Source: an uncultured delta proteobacterium (GTDB lineage Bacteria > Desulfobacterota > Desulfobaccia > Desulfobaccales > Desulfobaccaceae). Taken from it: DNA of 64,000 nucleotides. A model generated the notes under the pieces. It was given only the letters and a program-made list of their open reading frames with translations, did not search any database and had not been told where the DNA came from. Position numbers and translations under genes: made by a program. How positions within the stretch are numbered: position 1 is the stretch's first letter; each line of letters starts with the position of its first letter. Below, in pieces: positions 32,983-43,132 of the stretch. The DNA lies in assembly GCA_963777875.1 (NCBI GenBank), contig CAVZSK010000022.1, positions 119,353 to 183,352 on the forward strand. The letters are read 5' to 3'.

Positions 32983-35639
32983 ATGCAGCGCTTTAAACGG
33001 TGGCTTTATACTCTGCTCGTCGGCGGCTTCGTCTTCGTGGTGTCCTATGTCTTATTTGCCGTACTTTATACTGATTTTGTCGTGGAAATGTGGTGGCACC
33101 GCAGTTTAGGGTTCGAAAACTTTTTCTGGCTCCGCCTCGGCTACCGCTATCTGGTCTTTGCAGCGTTCACTCTGCTGTTTTTCTTCATTTTTTTTCTCAA
33201 TTTCTGGATCGGCTCCCGCTATTTAGGCACCGTGGCGCCACCCCCGGAAACTGAGCAGACCACCTCCCGCTCCCGGGAATTGGTCCGGCATTTTCGCACC
33301 GGCTCCATGCGGGTCTATGCGCCTTTCAGCCTGGCCCTGGCCGTGCTGGTGGCCTGGCCGCTGTATAAACAGTGGGAAGGGACCTTGCTCTATGTTTTTG
33401 GCCAGAGTAGCCGGTTTTCAGGACCCCTATTTCGGCCGGGATATCAGTTTTTATCTCTTTTCTCTGCCCTTATATGAGAATTTAGTGCGAGAAGTGCTCA
33501 TCGCCCTGGCCCTCCTCACCGGCGGCCTGCTGCTCCTTTACTGGCTGGAGCGCCGGGTGTTGACCAAAGTAGAGCAAAGTTTGCCCAAAGGCGCCAAAAT
33601 TCATCTGACCCTGCTCCTCATTCTCTTCTTTGGCGTCGGTATCTGGTGGGTGTTTCTCCAACGCTATGCGCTGCTCTATCTGAACACCCATGAACCGCTG
33701 TTTTACGGCCCCGGCTTCGTGGAGATGCGGGTACTGTTGCCCCTGCTCTATCTCACCATCGCCGGCTTGATCACTCTGGCCCTGGCCCTGTTGTATCTCC
33801 TGCATACCCGCCGCGGGGTCAAACTCCTGATCATCTCAGTGGTCATCCTGACCCTGGGCATCGGCTTGCGCTACACCCAGTTCCTCCCGGATACCGTCCA
33901 ACGCTACATCGTCCAACCCAATGAGATCAGCCGGGAACAGGCCTTTATGCAAAAGAATATCGACGCCACTGTCCGGGCCTACAATGTCCATCAGGTGGAA
34001 ACCCGGGAAGATCCTATTCATCCATGATGGCGAAATCAAGGTGGGTAAGATCGGCGCCAGCCTGCGTAATATCCCGGTGTGGGATAAGGAGGTGCTGGGC
34101 GAGGTCTTCGAGCAGCTTCAGGAATTGCGGACCTATTATGAATTTTCCGGCGTCAGCGTCGACCGCTACACCGTGAATAACGCCCTCCAGCAGGTCTTTC
34201 TGTCGGCCCGGGAGCTCAACCTGAAAGCCTTGCCCCCGGAAGCCCGCAACTGGATTAATGAGCGCTTGAAATACACCCATGGCTTCGGGGTGGTCATGAC
34301 CCCCGCGGCCCAGGGGGGAGACGAGCCGTTAAACTGGTTTATTCAGGGCATTCCCCCCACGTCGAACTATGGCTTTGAGATTACCAATCCCGCCATTTAC
34401 TATGGCCGGTCTGAGTTCGGCCCGGTCATCGCCCCCAACGACAGCGGCGAAATGGGCCATCCGGTGGGAGACACCATCACCGAATATAATTATCAGGGCA
34501 CGGGCGGCGTGCCCATCTCCAATATGTTTCGCAAATTGGTGTTCGCCCTCTACTTCGGCGAGAGGGATATTTTCTTCACCACCAAAACCAACCGGGACAG
34601 CCGCATGCTTTTCCGGCGCAATATCGTCGAAGCCATTAAAACCCTGACGCCTTTTTTTACCCTGGATAAAGACCCTTATATTGTGACTACCTCCAAAGGC
34701 CTGTATTGGATCCAGGACGCCTATACCATGTCCGACCGCTATCCCGGTTCCCAGCCCCACGACCTGGGCTTTAACTATATCCGCAATTCCGTCAAGATCA
34801 TCGTCGATGCCTACAATGGCAGCATGGATTATTACGTGGCCGACCCGGAAGACCCCATCGTCCAGGCCTACCGGCGGATTTATCCCGGCCTGTTGAAACC
34901 TCTGGACGCCATGCCCGAGGAACTCAAGGCCCATGTCCGCTATCCCAGGGACCTCTTCGACATCCAACTGTCCGTCTATCGGAAATATCATCAATCCGTG
35001 GAGGAATTTTACAAGCAGGAGGATTTATGGGAATTCCCCATGATGGAACGCAACAAAAAACTGGAGAAAATGACCCCGTATTATCTCACCCTCAACTTAT
35101 TGATCCCGACCGCCCTGATTTTCTCCTGCTCTGCCCCATGACACCCAAGGGCCGAGCCAACCTCCGGGCCTTGTGTGTCGTCGGCTCGGATGCCCCCCAC
35201 TACGGCAAAATGATCGTCTACACCTTTCCCAAGGGGTCGCTCTTTTTGGGTCCTTCCCAGGTGGAGGCCATTATTAACCAGGATACCCGGGTGTCAGAGC
35301 AGTTAACCCTCTGGAACCAGATGGGTTCCCAGGTGGAAAGGGGTCGGATGATCGTCCTGCCGGTCATGGGCTCCCTCGTCTATATCCAGTCGGTGTACCT
35401 CAAAGCCGCCGCCCGCTTGAAGATTCCCCAGTTAAAACGGCTAATTATTGTGTAAAAATGACACCGTCGTCATGGAGCCCACCCTGGAAGAAGGCTTTGC
35501 CAAATTGGAAGAGCGTTTCCAGGCCCAGTCAGACCGGGCCCGCCGCCGCATGCAGGAAATCAACCCCGGGACCGGTGAGACCCCGACTCCCCCCATTGAA
35601 GAAAAGCAGCCCCAACCGGCACCCCAACCGACGCCATGA
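32983..35639 (+). CDS. UPF0182 family membrane protein (about 4 frameshifts)
   Basis: YTD..W..SLG, DP.FGRDISFYLF.LP, VDRY, YTHGFG, LYWIQDAYT.SDRYP.S, NYIRNSVK..VDAYNG. Confidence 0.9.
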
Positions 35640-35775
35640 GGTTGACCCTAAATATTTGAGACCAACCTGCCGCCAGGATGTGCCAACCCGGTTTCCTGGC
35701 TCCCCCTTGGCAACCCTGATTGATGGGCTCACGGACGGGAGTTTGATAGCATTCCAATAATTTAATTTATTTTTC

Positions 35776-35803
35776 TTGACAATTAGCAATTTTCTTGTAA
35801 AAT
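35776..35803 (+). promoter_or_regulatory. Sigma-70 promoter upstream of csp
   Basis: TTGACA-N16-TAAAAT. Confidence 0.6.
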
Positions 35804-35957
35804 ATTTTTAGTTTAGCATGTCAGACGTAATTCAGGGTCGCAAGTCCTGGACAAAAATCGGAGGGGGTGCGTTCTCCCGCCGATTTTTTTTTGCCTGACG
35901 GCTCTGCGCCCTGCTTTTTTGGCGGGATATCTTTGCAGTATGTGAAAGAGGTTTTAG

Positions 35958-36161
35958 ATGAAGGAAACTGGTACAGTAAAATGGTTTAATGATTCCAAGG
36001 GCTTTGGCTTTATTGCCCGAGAGAGTGGTCCTGATGTGTTTGTGCATCACAGCTCTATTACAGGCGACGGCTTTCGCTCCCTGTCTGAAGACCAGGCAGT
36101 GGAGTTTGAAGTTACCCAGGGTCCCAAAGGGGCTCAGGCCCAAAACGTCGTCAAACTCTAA
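35958..36161 (+). CDS. cspA: Cold-shock protein
   Basis: [31 protein letters not shown]. Confidence 0.95.
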   Translation: MKETGTVKWFNDSKGFGFIARESGPDVFVHHSSITGDGFRSLSEDQAVEFEVTQGPKGAQAQNVVKL

Positions 36162-36296
36162 GCTGAACCCAGGTAATTGGAACTCCGCACTCTCCGGGTC
36201 TAGGAGTTTCAGCCCTGTGACCCTTAGACAAGGAGCTTGGCCTGCCGACAAAAACTCCGGCAGGTCCAACGTGGCAATACTAATAAGGAGTAAGGT

Positions 36297-36590
36297 ATGA
36301 GTATGAAGTTATATGTGGGCAATTTGTCCTTCGATATGACCGAACCACAATTGAACACTCTTTTTTCCGAGGCCGGCTATGTGACCTCGGCTAAGATAAT
36401 CACCGACCGGCAGACCGGCCAACCCCGGGGCTTCGGTTTTGTAGAAATGGAAACCAAATCGGAAGGCCAGAAGGCCATCTCCATGCTCAACGGCCGGACT
36501 GTAGACGGACGCCCCCTGGCAGTCAATGAAGCCAAGCCTCAGGTAAAAGGTGGGTTTGGCGGCGGCGGCGGCCGGGGCGGTCGCCGTTAG
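36297..36590 (+). CDS. RRM (RNP-1) RNA-binding protein with Gly-rich tail
   Basis: KLYVGNLSF, RGFGFVEM, GRPLAVNEA, GGGGGRGGRR. Confidence 0.93.
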   Translation: MSMKLYVGNLSFDMTEPQLNTLFSEAGYVTSAKIITDRQTGQPRGFGFVEMETKSEGQKAISMLNGRTVDGRPLAVNEAKPQVKGGFGGGGGRGGRR

Positions 36591-36657
36591 AACCCGAGTT
36601 CAGGCGGTCGGAGACGGGCATTAGACCTGCCGGTCCTTGGACTTCCGGGTAATCACC

Positions 36658-36684
36658 AGGCGGCCTTCCGGCCGCCTTTCTTTT
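36658..36684 (+). terminator. Intrinsic terminator after csp and the RRM gene
   Basis: AGGCGGCC-TTCC-GGCCGCCT followed by TTCTTTT. Confidence 0.75.
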
Positions 36685-37074
36685 CAGAAACCGCACCCGA
36701 GGCCGGATCTCCCGACCTGAATGACGGAGTTAGGACCCAAAAAGCTTACCGGAGACAGCCTCTCCATCCCATGAAGCAACTCCATCCTGGTAAGGGGAGA
36801 AACTTGCTTGGGAAGCAGGCCCTGCAACGCCCTCCCAAAAGGGACCCCAAGCCCAAAATTAAGGAAAATTATTGGCGGCAACGTGCCCCGGAGATAGCCT
36901 GAATAGAGAAGTGAGAGGATCGCGGCCACTGGTTTACAGCGGTAAACCCCCTCTCGACTTTACCCTAATCTCTCATATCATCTGACAAAAACCACGAGGG
37001 AAAATTATGACTCTACCTGATGTCCTGTCCGGACCAAGAAAGTGACAGTCCACCTTCTCAATCAACCATAGGAA

Positions 37075-37440
37075 TTGACCCGAAAGATTTTTTCGATTAT
37101 GCTTCCTCCATGCGAAAAACGCTGGCAGGAACTTTTGGGACTCAATATCAGTCACTGTACCTTTGGCCTGGGGACCATAAGCAAAGTAGAAGGGGAATAT
37201 ATCTATGTTGACTTACCCGAGCGCCAGGGCAAAAAAAATCTTACTGAATTTGGGCTGGAATCTTTCCTGAGAGGTTTTTTCAGCAATTTGCAGATCGATA
37301 ATTCCTTGCATGAAAAAATCATCGCCGCGGCTGCAGCCACCAAAGAATTGCTATCTCAACCGGTAACCCCGGAGGGAAAAGCTCCCAAAAAGCCTGCGAA
37401 GAAGAGGAAACCCGCTAAAGCAACCAAGGAGAAAGGCTAA
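37075..37440 (+). CDS. Hypothetical protein with Lys-rich tail
   Basis: ORF with H..FG.GTI..VEG..I.V (SH3-like) segment and KKPAKKRK tail; start uncertain. Confidence 0.55.
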   Translation: MTRKIFSIMLPPCEKRWQELLGLNISHCTFGLGTISKVEGEYIYVDLPERQGKKNLTEFGLESFLRGFFSNLQIDNSLHEKIIAAAAATKELLSQPVTPEGKAPKKPAKKRKPAKATKEKG

Positions 37441-37529
37441 AAACCAGAATGCCTATTATGAAAATTTCAGGCAGGGTCTGTTCCCCCTGGGAACCATCGT
37501 AACCGGAAAAGGCTGCAGAGGAGACCTCA

Positions 37530-37871
37530 TTGAAACAAAAAGATTTTAGGGTGATATTTTCCGAATGTGACGGCTATTGCGAACCATTGGATAGAAACGG
37601 TTGTATCAGCTATCCGGTCACAATCACCTGGAGCTTGTTGGGGCACGTTGATGGCCGGCCCTTGGTGGTGATTCTTGGAGAGGCTCGGGAGCCCAGGGAA
37701 ATGCCCCCCGGTGAATTGCAGGTCCCGTCGGAGATTATCCACGAAGTGAGGCAGGCCGGTTATGAGGCGCAGCAACTCAGCGTCAAGGACATCAAGGATT
37801 ACTGGCGAGAGGCCGGGCGGTTGAACATAAAAAACCACTGGCACCCCCAGGCCCGCCTGGTACAATATTAA
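37530..37871 (+). CDS. Hypothetical protein
   Basis: SD GAGGAG precedes TTG; 113-aa ORF. Confidence 0.5.
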   Translation: MKQKDFRVIFSECDGYCEPLDRNGCISYPVTITWSLLGHVDGRPLVVILGEAREPREMPPGELQVPSEIIHEVRQAGYEAQQLSVKDIKDYWREAGRLNIKNHWHPQARLVQY

Positions 37872-38057
37872 AAGTAATTGCTGCCACCCTGATGATTACC
37901 GATGCCTGCTGCAGTAATGCCGATTATCAGATACTCCACGAAGGCGCTATCTCGTGCTTAAAGGTAATGGCCACTCCGGCCAGGGTTTCCACATGACATA
38001 CACGGCCGGCCGCTTTAGAGTTGTTTTTTTCACTCAGTCTCCAGTCTTCAATCAATC

Positions 38058-38544
38058 ATGAAGAAAATATCCCAAACCGGCCTGACCTCCTGGCTGGCAC
38101 TGGCCTTCTGGTTGGGCCTCTGTTTCACCGCCGCCTGGATCGGTTCCCGCTTCTCGCCCGGTGAATGGGTACGCGCGCCTGTCCCAGCCCGCCCTGACGC
38201 CCCCCAGTTGGGTCTTCGCCCCGGTTTGGACGCTCCTCTACCTTATGATGGGGACGGCCGCCTGGCTTCTCTGGCAGCGGCACGGCCTCGCCAAAGCCGC
38301 CTGGCCTTTGGGCTTGTTTGTTCTGCAACTAGGCTTGAACACCCTGTGGTCCTACCTCTTCTTCGGCCTTAAAAACCCGGGGCTGGCCCTGGTGGAGATC
38401 ATCGCCCTCTGGCTGGCCATCCTGGCCACCCTCATTGCCTTCTGGCAACATCACCGGCCCGCCGGTCTGCTGCTCCTCCCCTACCTCCTCTGGGTCAGCT
38501 TTGCCGTCTACCTGAACCTCCAGTTCTGGCGCCTGAATCCTTAA
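38058..38544 (+). CDS. tspO: TspO/MBR tryptophan-rich sensory protein (frameshift near 38168)
   Basis: WY..L..P..TPPSWVFAPVWTLLY, QLGLN.LWS.LFFG, LLLPYLLWVSFA.YLN. Confidence 0.92.
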
Positions 38545-38700
38545 ATCCCGTCGCGGTTTTATTATCATCCCGGTTCCCCTTAAACCGTTTAGACAACGAT
38601 GACCAAGCGCCCAAAGTTCCTTCCTGCCTTGACATCATGGCTGTTGCGTTACCCACAAATCTAACAACCTAATACTCACTCTCAACCCACCCTCCCCTGC

Positions 38701-39381
38701 TCAAGCCAGGCTTACCGCTTTCACGCCCTCAAGTTCCAACAGGTCCTGCAGGATTTCCCTCTGGGGCTGGATGGCCCGCACTTTGAGCTGATAGGTGGCT
38801 TCGAGTTCCTTTTTTTCCGCATCCCGTTTCAGGCCGAAAGTGATCACCTCGAAGCCATGCTGGACGATCAGGCCTGTCACCCGGGTGGTCTGGCCAGGCA
38901 GGTCCTGGGACAACACCTGTAAATTTTCAAACCAGTCCTTCTTCATCCGTCGCTCCCAGGCCTTCAGTCCGATGAGAGCCAGCAGGGTCAGAAGCGTGGC
39001 CGCCACTCCCACCACGTAGAAACCGGCCCCCACCGCCAGGCCCACCGAGCAGACCAGCCAGACGCAGGCCGCTGTGGTCAGCCCCCGGATAGAGTCTTTA
39101 TAGCGGATAATGACCCCGCCTCCCAGAAAGCCGATGCCGGTAATGGCCTGACCCGCGATTCGCCCGGGATCCCCTGGCAGGCCGAGAGTTGGATATCTTC
39201 CCTGATAGTACACCAGGAGGTACTCGGACAGCACCATGAGCAGCGCCGTCCCCATGGATAGGATGAGGTAGGTGCGGATCCCGGCCGGACGCCCGTGTAT
39301 TTCCCGTTCCAGACCCACGGCCCCTCCCAGCAGTGCCGCCAGCACCAGGCGGCCCAAAAATTCCGCGTAGGGCATGATCAT
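38701..39381 (-). CDS. mgtC: MgtC/SapB family protein
   Basis: GLERE..GRPAGIRT, DPGRIAGQAITGIGFLGGG, GLTTAACVW. Confidence 0.9.
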   Translation of the reverse strand: MIMPYAEFLGRLVLAALLGGAVGLEREIHGRPAGIRTYLILSMGTALLMVLSEYLLVYYQGRYPTLGLPGDPGRIAGQAITGIGFLGGGVIIRYKDSIRGLTTAACVWLVCSVGLAVGAGFYVVGVAATLLTLLALIGLKAWERRMKKDWFENLQVLSQDLPGQTTRVTGLIVQHGFEVITFGLKRDAEKKELEATYQLKVRAIQPQREILQDLLELEGVKAVSLA

Positions 39382-39677
39382 TCCCCCTTTCAAGCTAATG
39401 TTTGCACCAGACAGTGTCGCTTCCTATCATACCGAAAATTGCCGGAAAAATATATCCTTTGACTCCCTTCCCAAGCCTGTCCCGTGGTACCAAAAAAATA
39501 ATGACCCATCCATCTCATTCTGAGGCCCCGTGGGGGAGCCTCTGCTGATCAGGGATCATACCTGTAACTATTTAATATTTTATCTGATATCAAGTGTTAC
39601 CGTATTCCTTTACTTTCGGTCTGACCTGAGTGAAAATAACTCTATAACTAAACAACAGGTGCATCGGAGGGGTTCCC

Positions 39678-41624
39678 ATGTACGGCTGGCAAGGTACAAT
39701 TTTGGTGATTGATTTAACCAATGGCAAGATTACCAAAAACCCCCTGGATCCTCAGGTGGCCGAACAATTTCTCGGCGGCCGGGGCCTCAATTCCAAGACC
39801 CTTTTTGACCTGGTCAAACCCGGCATAGATCCATTAGGGCCCGAGAATGTTCTCTGCCTGGCCAACGGCCCCCTTGCCGCCACCCCTCTGGGATTGACCA
39901 GCCGCCTTGAAGTGAGCACCCTCTCCCCCTACAGCGGTATCCTGGGAGACGGCAACGCCGGCGGCGGTTTTGCTGCCGCCTTAAAACGCGCCGGCTATGA
40001 CCAGATCGTCATCCTGGGTCGGGCTCCGGAGCCGACCTATCTCTGGATTGATGACGACCAGGTGGAGCTTTTGAACGCTGCCCATCTGTGGGGCGGCTCC
40101 ACCTGGGAAACCACCGACCGCCTCCGGGAAACCCACGGTCAGGGTATCAGTGTGGCCGGCATCGGCCAGGCCGGAGAGAATCTGGTGCGGTTCGCCTCCA
40201 CCATCGTGGACAAGTATGCCTCCGCCGCCCGGGGCAGCGGCGCCGTCTTCGGCTCCAAGAACTTGAAGGCCATTGCCGTGCGGGGCACCGGCCGGGTCGC
40301 CCTGGCGGACCCCAAGACCTATGCGGCCCTGGCCGCCGAAGAGAGACACCTCCTCAGTAACGATCCCATCCAAAAAGAGATCTCCTCCGTCTACGGTTCC
40401 CTTATCGGCACGGTCCAGTGGCAACCGGGGGTGCGCCATTACGCCCGCTATCTGACGGCCACCGAAACCCCGGCCCAATTGCGGCCGGAGAACTGGAAAC
40501 GTTTCGAAATCAGACGCACCGGCTGCCAGAGCTGCTTCATCCGCTGTAAAAACGTCTTTGAGATTCCCACCGGAGAGCGCCGGGGTGAACGGGGCGAAGG
40601 CCTGGAATATGAGGCCATCTTCTGTATGGGTCTTAACTGTGGCATCGAAGACCCCATTGCCATCATGGAAATGGCCAATCTTGGCGATGCCTACGGTATG
40701 TGTGTCGTAGCCCTGGGCAACACCCTGGCCTTCCTCAAAGATTGTTTTAGCCGGGGGATTATCACTACCCAGGACACCGGCGGTTTGCAGTTGGACTGGG
40801 AGAACGCCGCCCACCAGATTGAACTGGTCCACCGCACGGCCTTGCGGGAAGGTTTCGGCAACGTCGTGGCCGAAGGTTTGTTCAATACCGCCCGCCTCCT
40901 CGGTCCTGAGGCTATGGCCTATTGCTATCACGTCAAAGGGCTGAGCCGGGGGCCGTATCCGGCGGGCTTTTACTCCCTGGCCCACGCCACCTCCACCCGG
41001 GGGGCGGATCACCTCCGGGGCCGAACCTGGTCTTTGTTTGAAAATGAACCTCAGATCCTGGAATACCTGGAGCAGGCCGGCGCCGTTCCCACCGGACTGC
41101 TCCAGAATCCGCCTCTGGCCCTCAAGATCGCTGAAACCGCCTGCACCCTGGCCGATGCCCTGGGACGCTGCAAGGGGGCGGTCAACTCCTGGAACTGCGC
41201 CGTGCCCTTGGTGAGTAAATACCCTTTGTGGGAGGGGTATGCGAAACTGCTCACCGCCGCCACCGGAGTGGAGTTCACCTCCGAAAAGCTGGCCGCCGCC
41301 GCTGACCGCATCTATGCCGTGGAGCGGGCCTTTAACGTGCAGCAAGGCATCACCCGCCGGGACGACGGCCTCCCCCAGAAGCCGGAAATCAAATCTACCC
41401 CGGAAGGTCAAAAGGAACGGGAATTACATGAAGAGTTATTAACGGCCTACTACCGGCTCCGGGACTATGATCTCCACACGGGCCTCCCCACCCGGGAAGG
41501 TCTGGAGCGCCTGGGTTTGGGATATGTGGCCGCGGCCTTGGAGGCCAATCCCCCCGTCCAGCCATGGCAGGGGCCGCCCCTCTGGCCCCTGGCTGACTAT
41601 CCCCACGGCGGCCGACGAGCTTAA
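39678..41624 (+). CDS. aor: Aldehyde:ferredoxin oxidoreductase family (W/Mo), copy 1
   Basis: FLGGRGLN, DPLGPEN, IGQAGENLVRFA, GSKNLKAIAV, C..C...C, EYE, TSTRGADH. Confidence 0.9.
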   Translation: MYGWQGTILVIDLTNGKITKNPLDPQVAEQFLGGRGLNSKTLFDLVKPGIDPLGPENVLCLANGPLAATPLGLTSRLEVSTLSPYSGILGDGNAGGGFAAALKRAGYDQIVILGRAPEPTYLWIDDDQVELLNAAHLWGGSTWETTDRLRETHGQGISVAGIGQAGENLVRFASTIVDKYASAARGSGAVFGSKNLKAIAVRGTGRVALADPKTYAALAAEERHLLSNDPIQKEISSVYGSLIGTVQWQPGVRHYARYLTATETPAQLRPENWKRFEIRRTGCQSCFIRCKNVFEIPTGERRGERGEGLEYEAIFCMGLNCGIEDPIAIMEMANLGDAYGMCVVALGNTLAFLKDCFSRGIITTQDTGGLQLDWENAAHQIELVHRTALREGFGNVVAEGLFNTARLLGPEAMAYCYHVKGLSRGPYPAGFYSLAHATSTRGADHLRGRTWSLFENEPQILEYLEQAGAVPTGLLQNPPLALKIAETACTLADALGRCKGAVNSWNCAVPLVSKYPLWEGYAKLLTAATGVEFTSEKLAAAADRIYAVERAFNVQQGITRRDDGLPQKPEIKSTPEGQKERELHEELLTAYYRLRDYDLHTGLPTREGLERLGLGYVAAALEANPPVQPWQGPPLWPLADYPHGGRRA

Positions 41625-41728
41625 GACGATATCGGGATTATCAGCTTTATTCCCATAAACTCAAGATCAGGAACTCGAAATTTCTACCGATTGCCAAAGA
41701 TTCTGTTCCAAAAAGTTTGCCCTGTTCT

Positions 41729-41759
41729 GTAGGGCGGGAAAGCGCCGCGCATCCCGCCT
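41729..41759 (+). repeat. REP-like palindrome (GTAG family)
   Basis: GTAGGGCGGGAAAGCGCCGCGCATCCCGCCT. Confidence 0.75.
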
Positions 41760-41949
41760 TGTATGAAAAGGACATTGCAATGAATTGCCGACCCTTCACG
41801 GTGAACCTTTTCATGCTTCGTTGTGATTTTTAAACATGAAAACTTTTGACAACCGCTATAATATCCATGGCTTCATTGGCGGATTGCCGACAAGTATGGC
41901 AAAATGGTCTGAGGCGCAGGGTTGGTAATAAACACGGGGATGGCGTAAA

Positions 41950-42799
41950 ATGCCGCTGAACGGGAAAGGAACATTTTTGGAGTCTATGGCCCGCCGGATT
42001 TACCGGGGCGGCCGGGAAACTCTGGTCGTGGCCGACCACGATTTGCTGGCCTGGGCCGCCTCCCGGGGATTTCCACTGCCCCAGGCTTTTGAGGCCGCCT
42101 TGGCCGCGGGCATCTTTCCCGAATCCCTGGAGCGGAACTTCCCTGCCCTGCATGCCCAGGAGCAGCTCCGGCTCTTCCGGAGCCGCGTCCTCGTCGTCGG
42201 CCTGGGGGGACTGGGAGGCTTCCAGGCCATGCTTCTGGCCCGCCTGGGCATTGGCCGCCTTCTCCTGGCGGACGGCGACGTCTTTGCCCTCTCCAACCTC
42301 AACCGCCAGATCTTCGCCACTGCCAGGCACCTGGGCTTGAACAAGGCCCTGGTCACGGCCCAACATCTTCAAGGACATCCACCCTGCCCTTATGGTGGAG
42401 CCTGTGGCCGAGTTTCTCACCCCGGAGAACCTGCCTCACTACCTGGCCCGGGTGCAGGTGGCCCTGGACGGCCTGGACAACCTGCCGGCCCGAAAAAACC
42501 TCTTTGCTGCCGCCCGGGCCGCCCGGGTCCCCCTGGTGCACGGCGCCGTGCACGGGCTTTTCGGCCAGGTGGCCACTATCCTGCCCCAGGACGCCGACAG
42601 TTTTCAAAAAATTTACCCAGGTGCCAGGCTCGGCGCCCCAGGCCCCCCGGAAGTGCTGGCCCCGGTGGTCAGCCTGGTCGCCAGCCTCCAGGTCCAGGAG
42701 GCGGTGCGCCTGCTCCTGAGGAAGCCTCCCGCTTACCACAACGTTCTCGCTTATTTCGACGGCGACACCGGCCGCCTGGACCTGCTGCCCTTGGGATGA
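41950..42799 (+). CDS. ThiF/MoeB family adenylyltransferase (frameshift near 42372)
   Basis: VLVVGLGGLGG, ADGDVF..SNLNRQ, LDGLDN..AR, PLVHGA. Confidence 0.88.
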
Positions 42800-42804
42800 A
42801 AGAC

Positions 42805-42835
42805 AGGTCGGAGCCGGTGCTCCCGGCCTTTTTTT
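42805..42835 (+). terminator. Terminator between convergent thiF and moaD
   Basis: AGGTCGGAGC-CGGT-GCTCCCGGCCT followed by a T run. Confidence 0.55.
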
Positions 42836-43073
42836 ATCCCCCGCCGATGGGAGGAAAGAGGCCCAGGCGCTCGTCGCCCTGCAAAGGGAAGTCCGATCCC
42901 TGGCGGACGCCGTTTACCATGATGAGCGTCACTTCTTCGGGTGGCAGGCCAAGCCGGGAGATGAGTTGGGAAACCGGGGTCCCGGGCTGAACAGCAATCG
43001 TCAAACCCAGATAGGGATTATAATCGGGAAAGAAACGCCTGAGCGAGGCAAAGAGGAGAACCTGGATGGGCAT
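42834..43073 (-). CDS. moaD: MoaD/ThiS sulfur carrier
   Basis: V.LFASLR, MVNG, C-terminal FPPIGGG. Confidence 0.9.
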   Translation of the reverse strand: MPIQVLLFASLRRFFPDYNPYLGLTIAVQPGTPVSQLISRLGLPPEEVTLIMVNGVRQGSDFPLQGDERLGLFPPIGGG

Positions 43074-43132
43074 GTTTGTGCTCAGATGGCTTCACGGGAG
43101 GGTTTGAACCCCCCCGCCAATTTTGCAGTTGT

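Noticed and set aside
39981-41411. Long antisense ORFs (476 aa here; also 52167..53474, 13438..14511, 22883..23851)
   Set aside because: Shadow ORFs opposite well-supported genes in GC-rich DNA, with no motifs.
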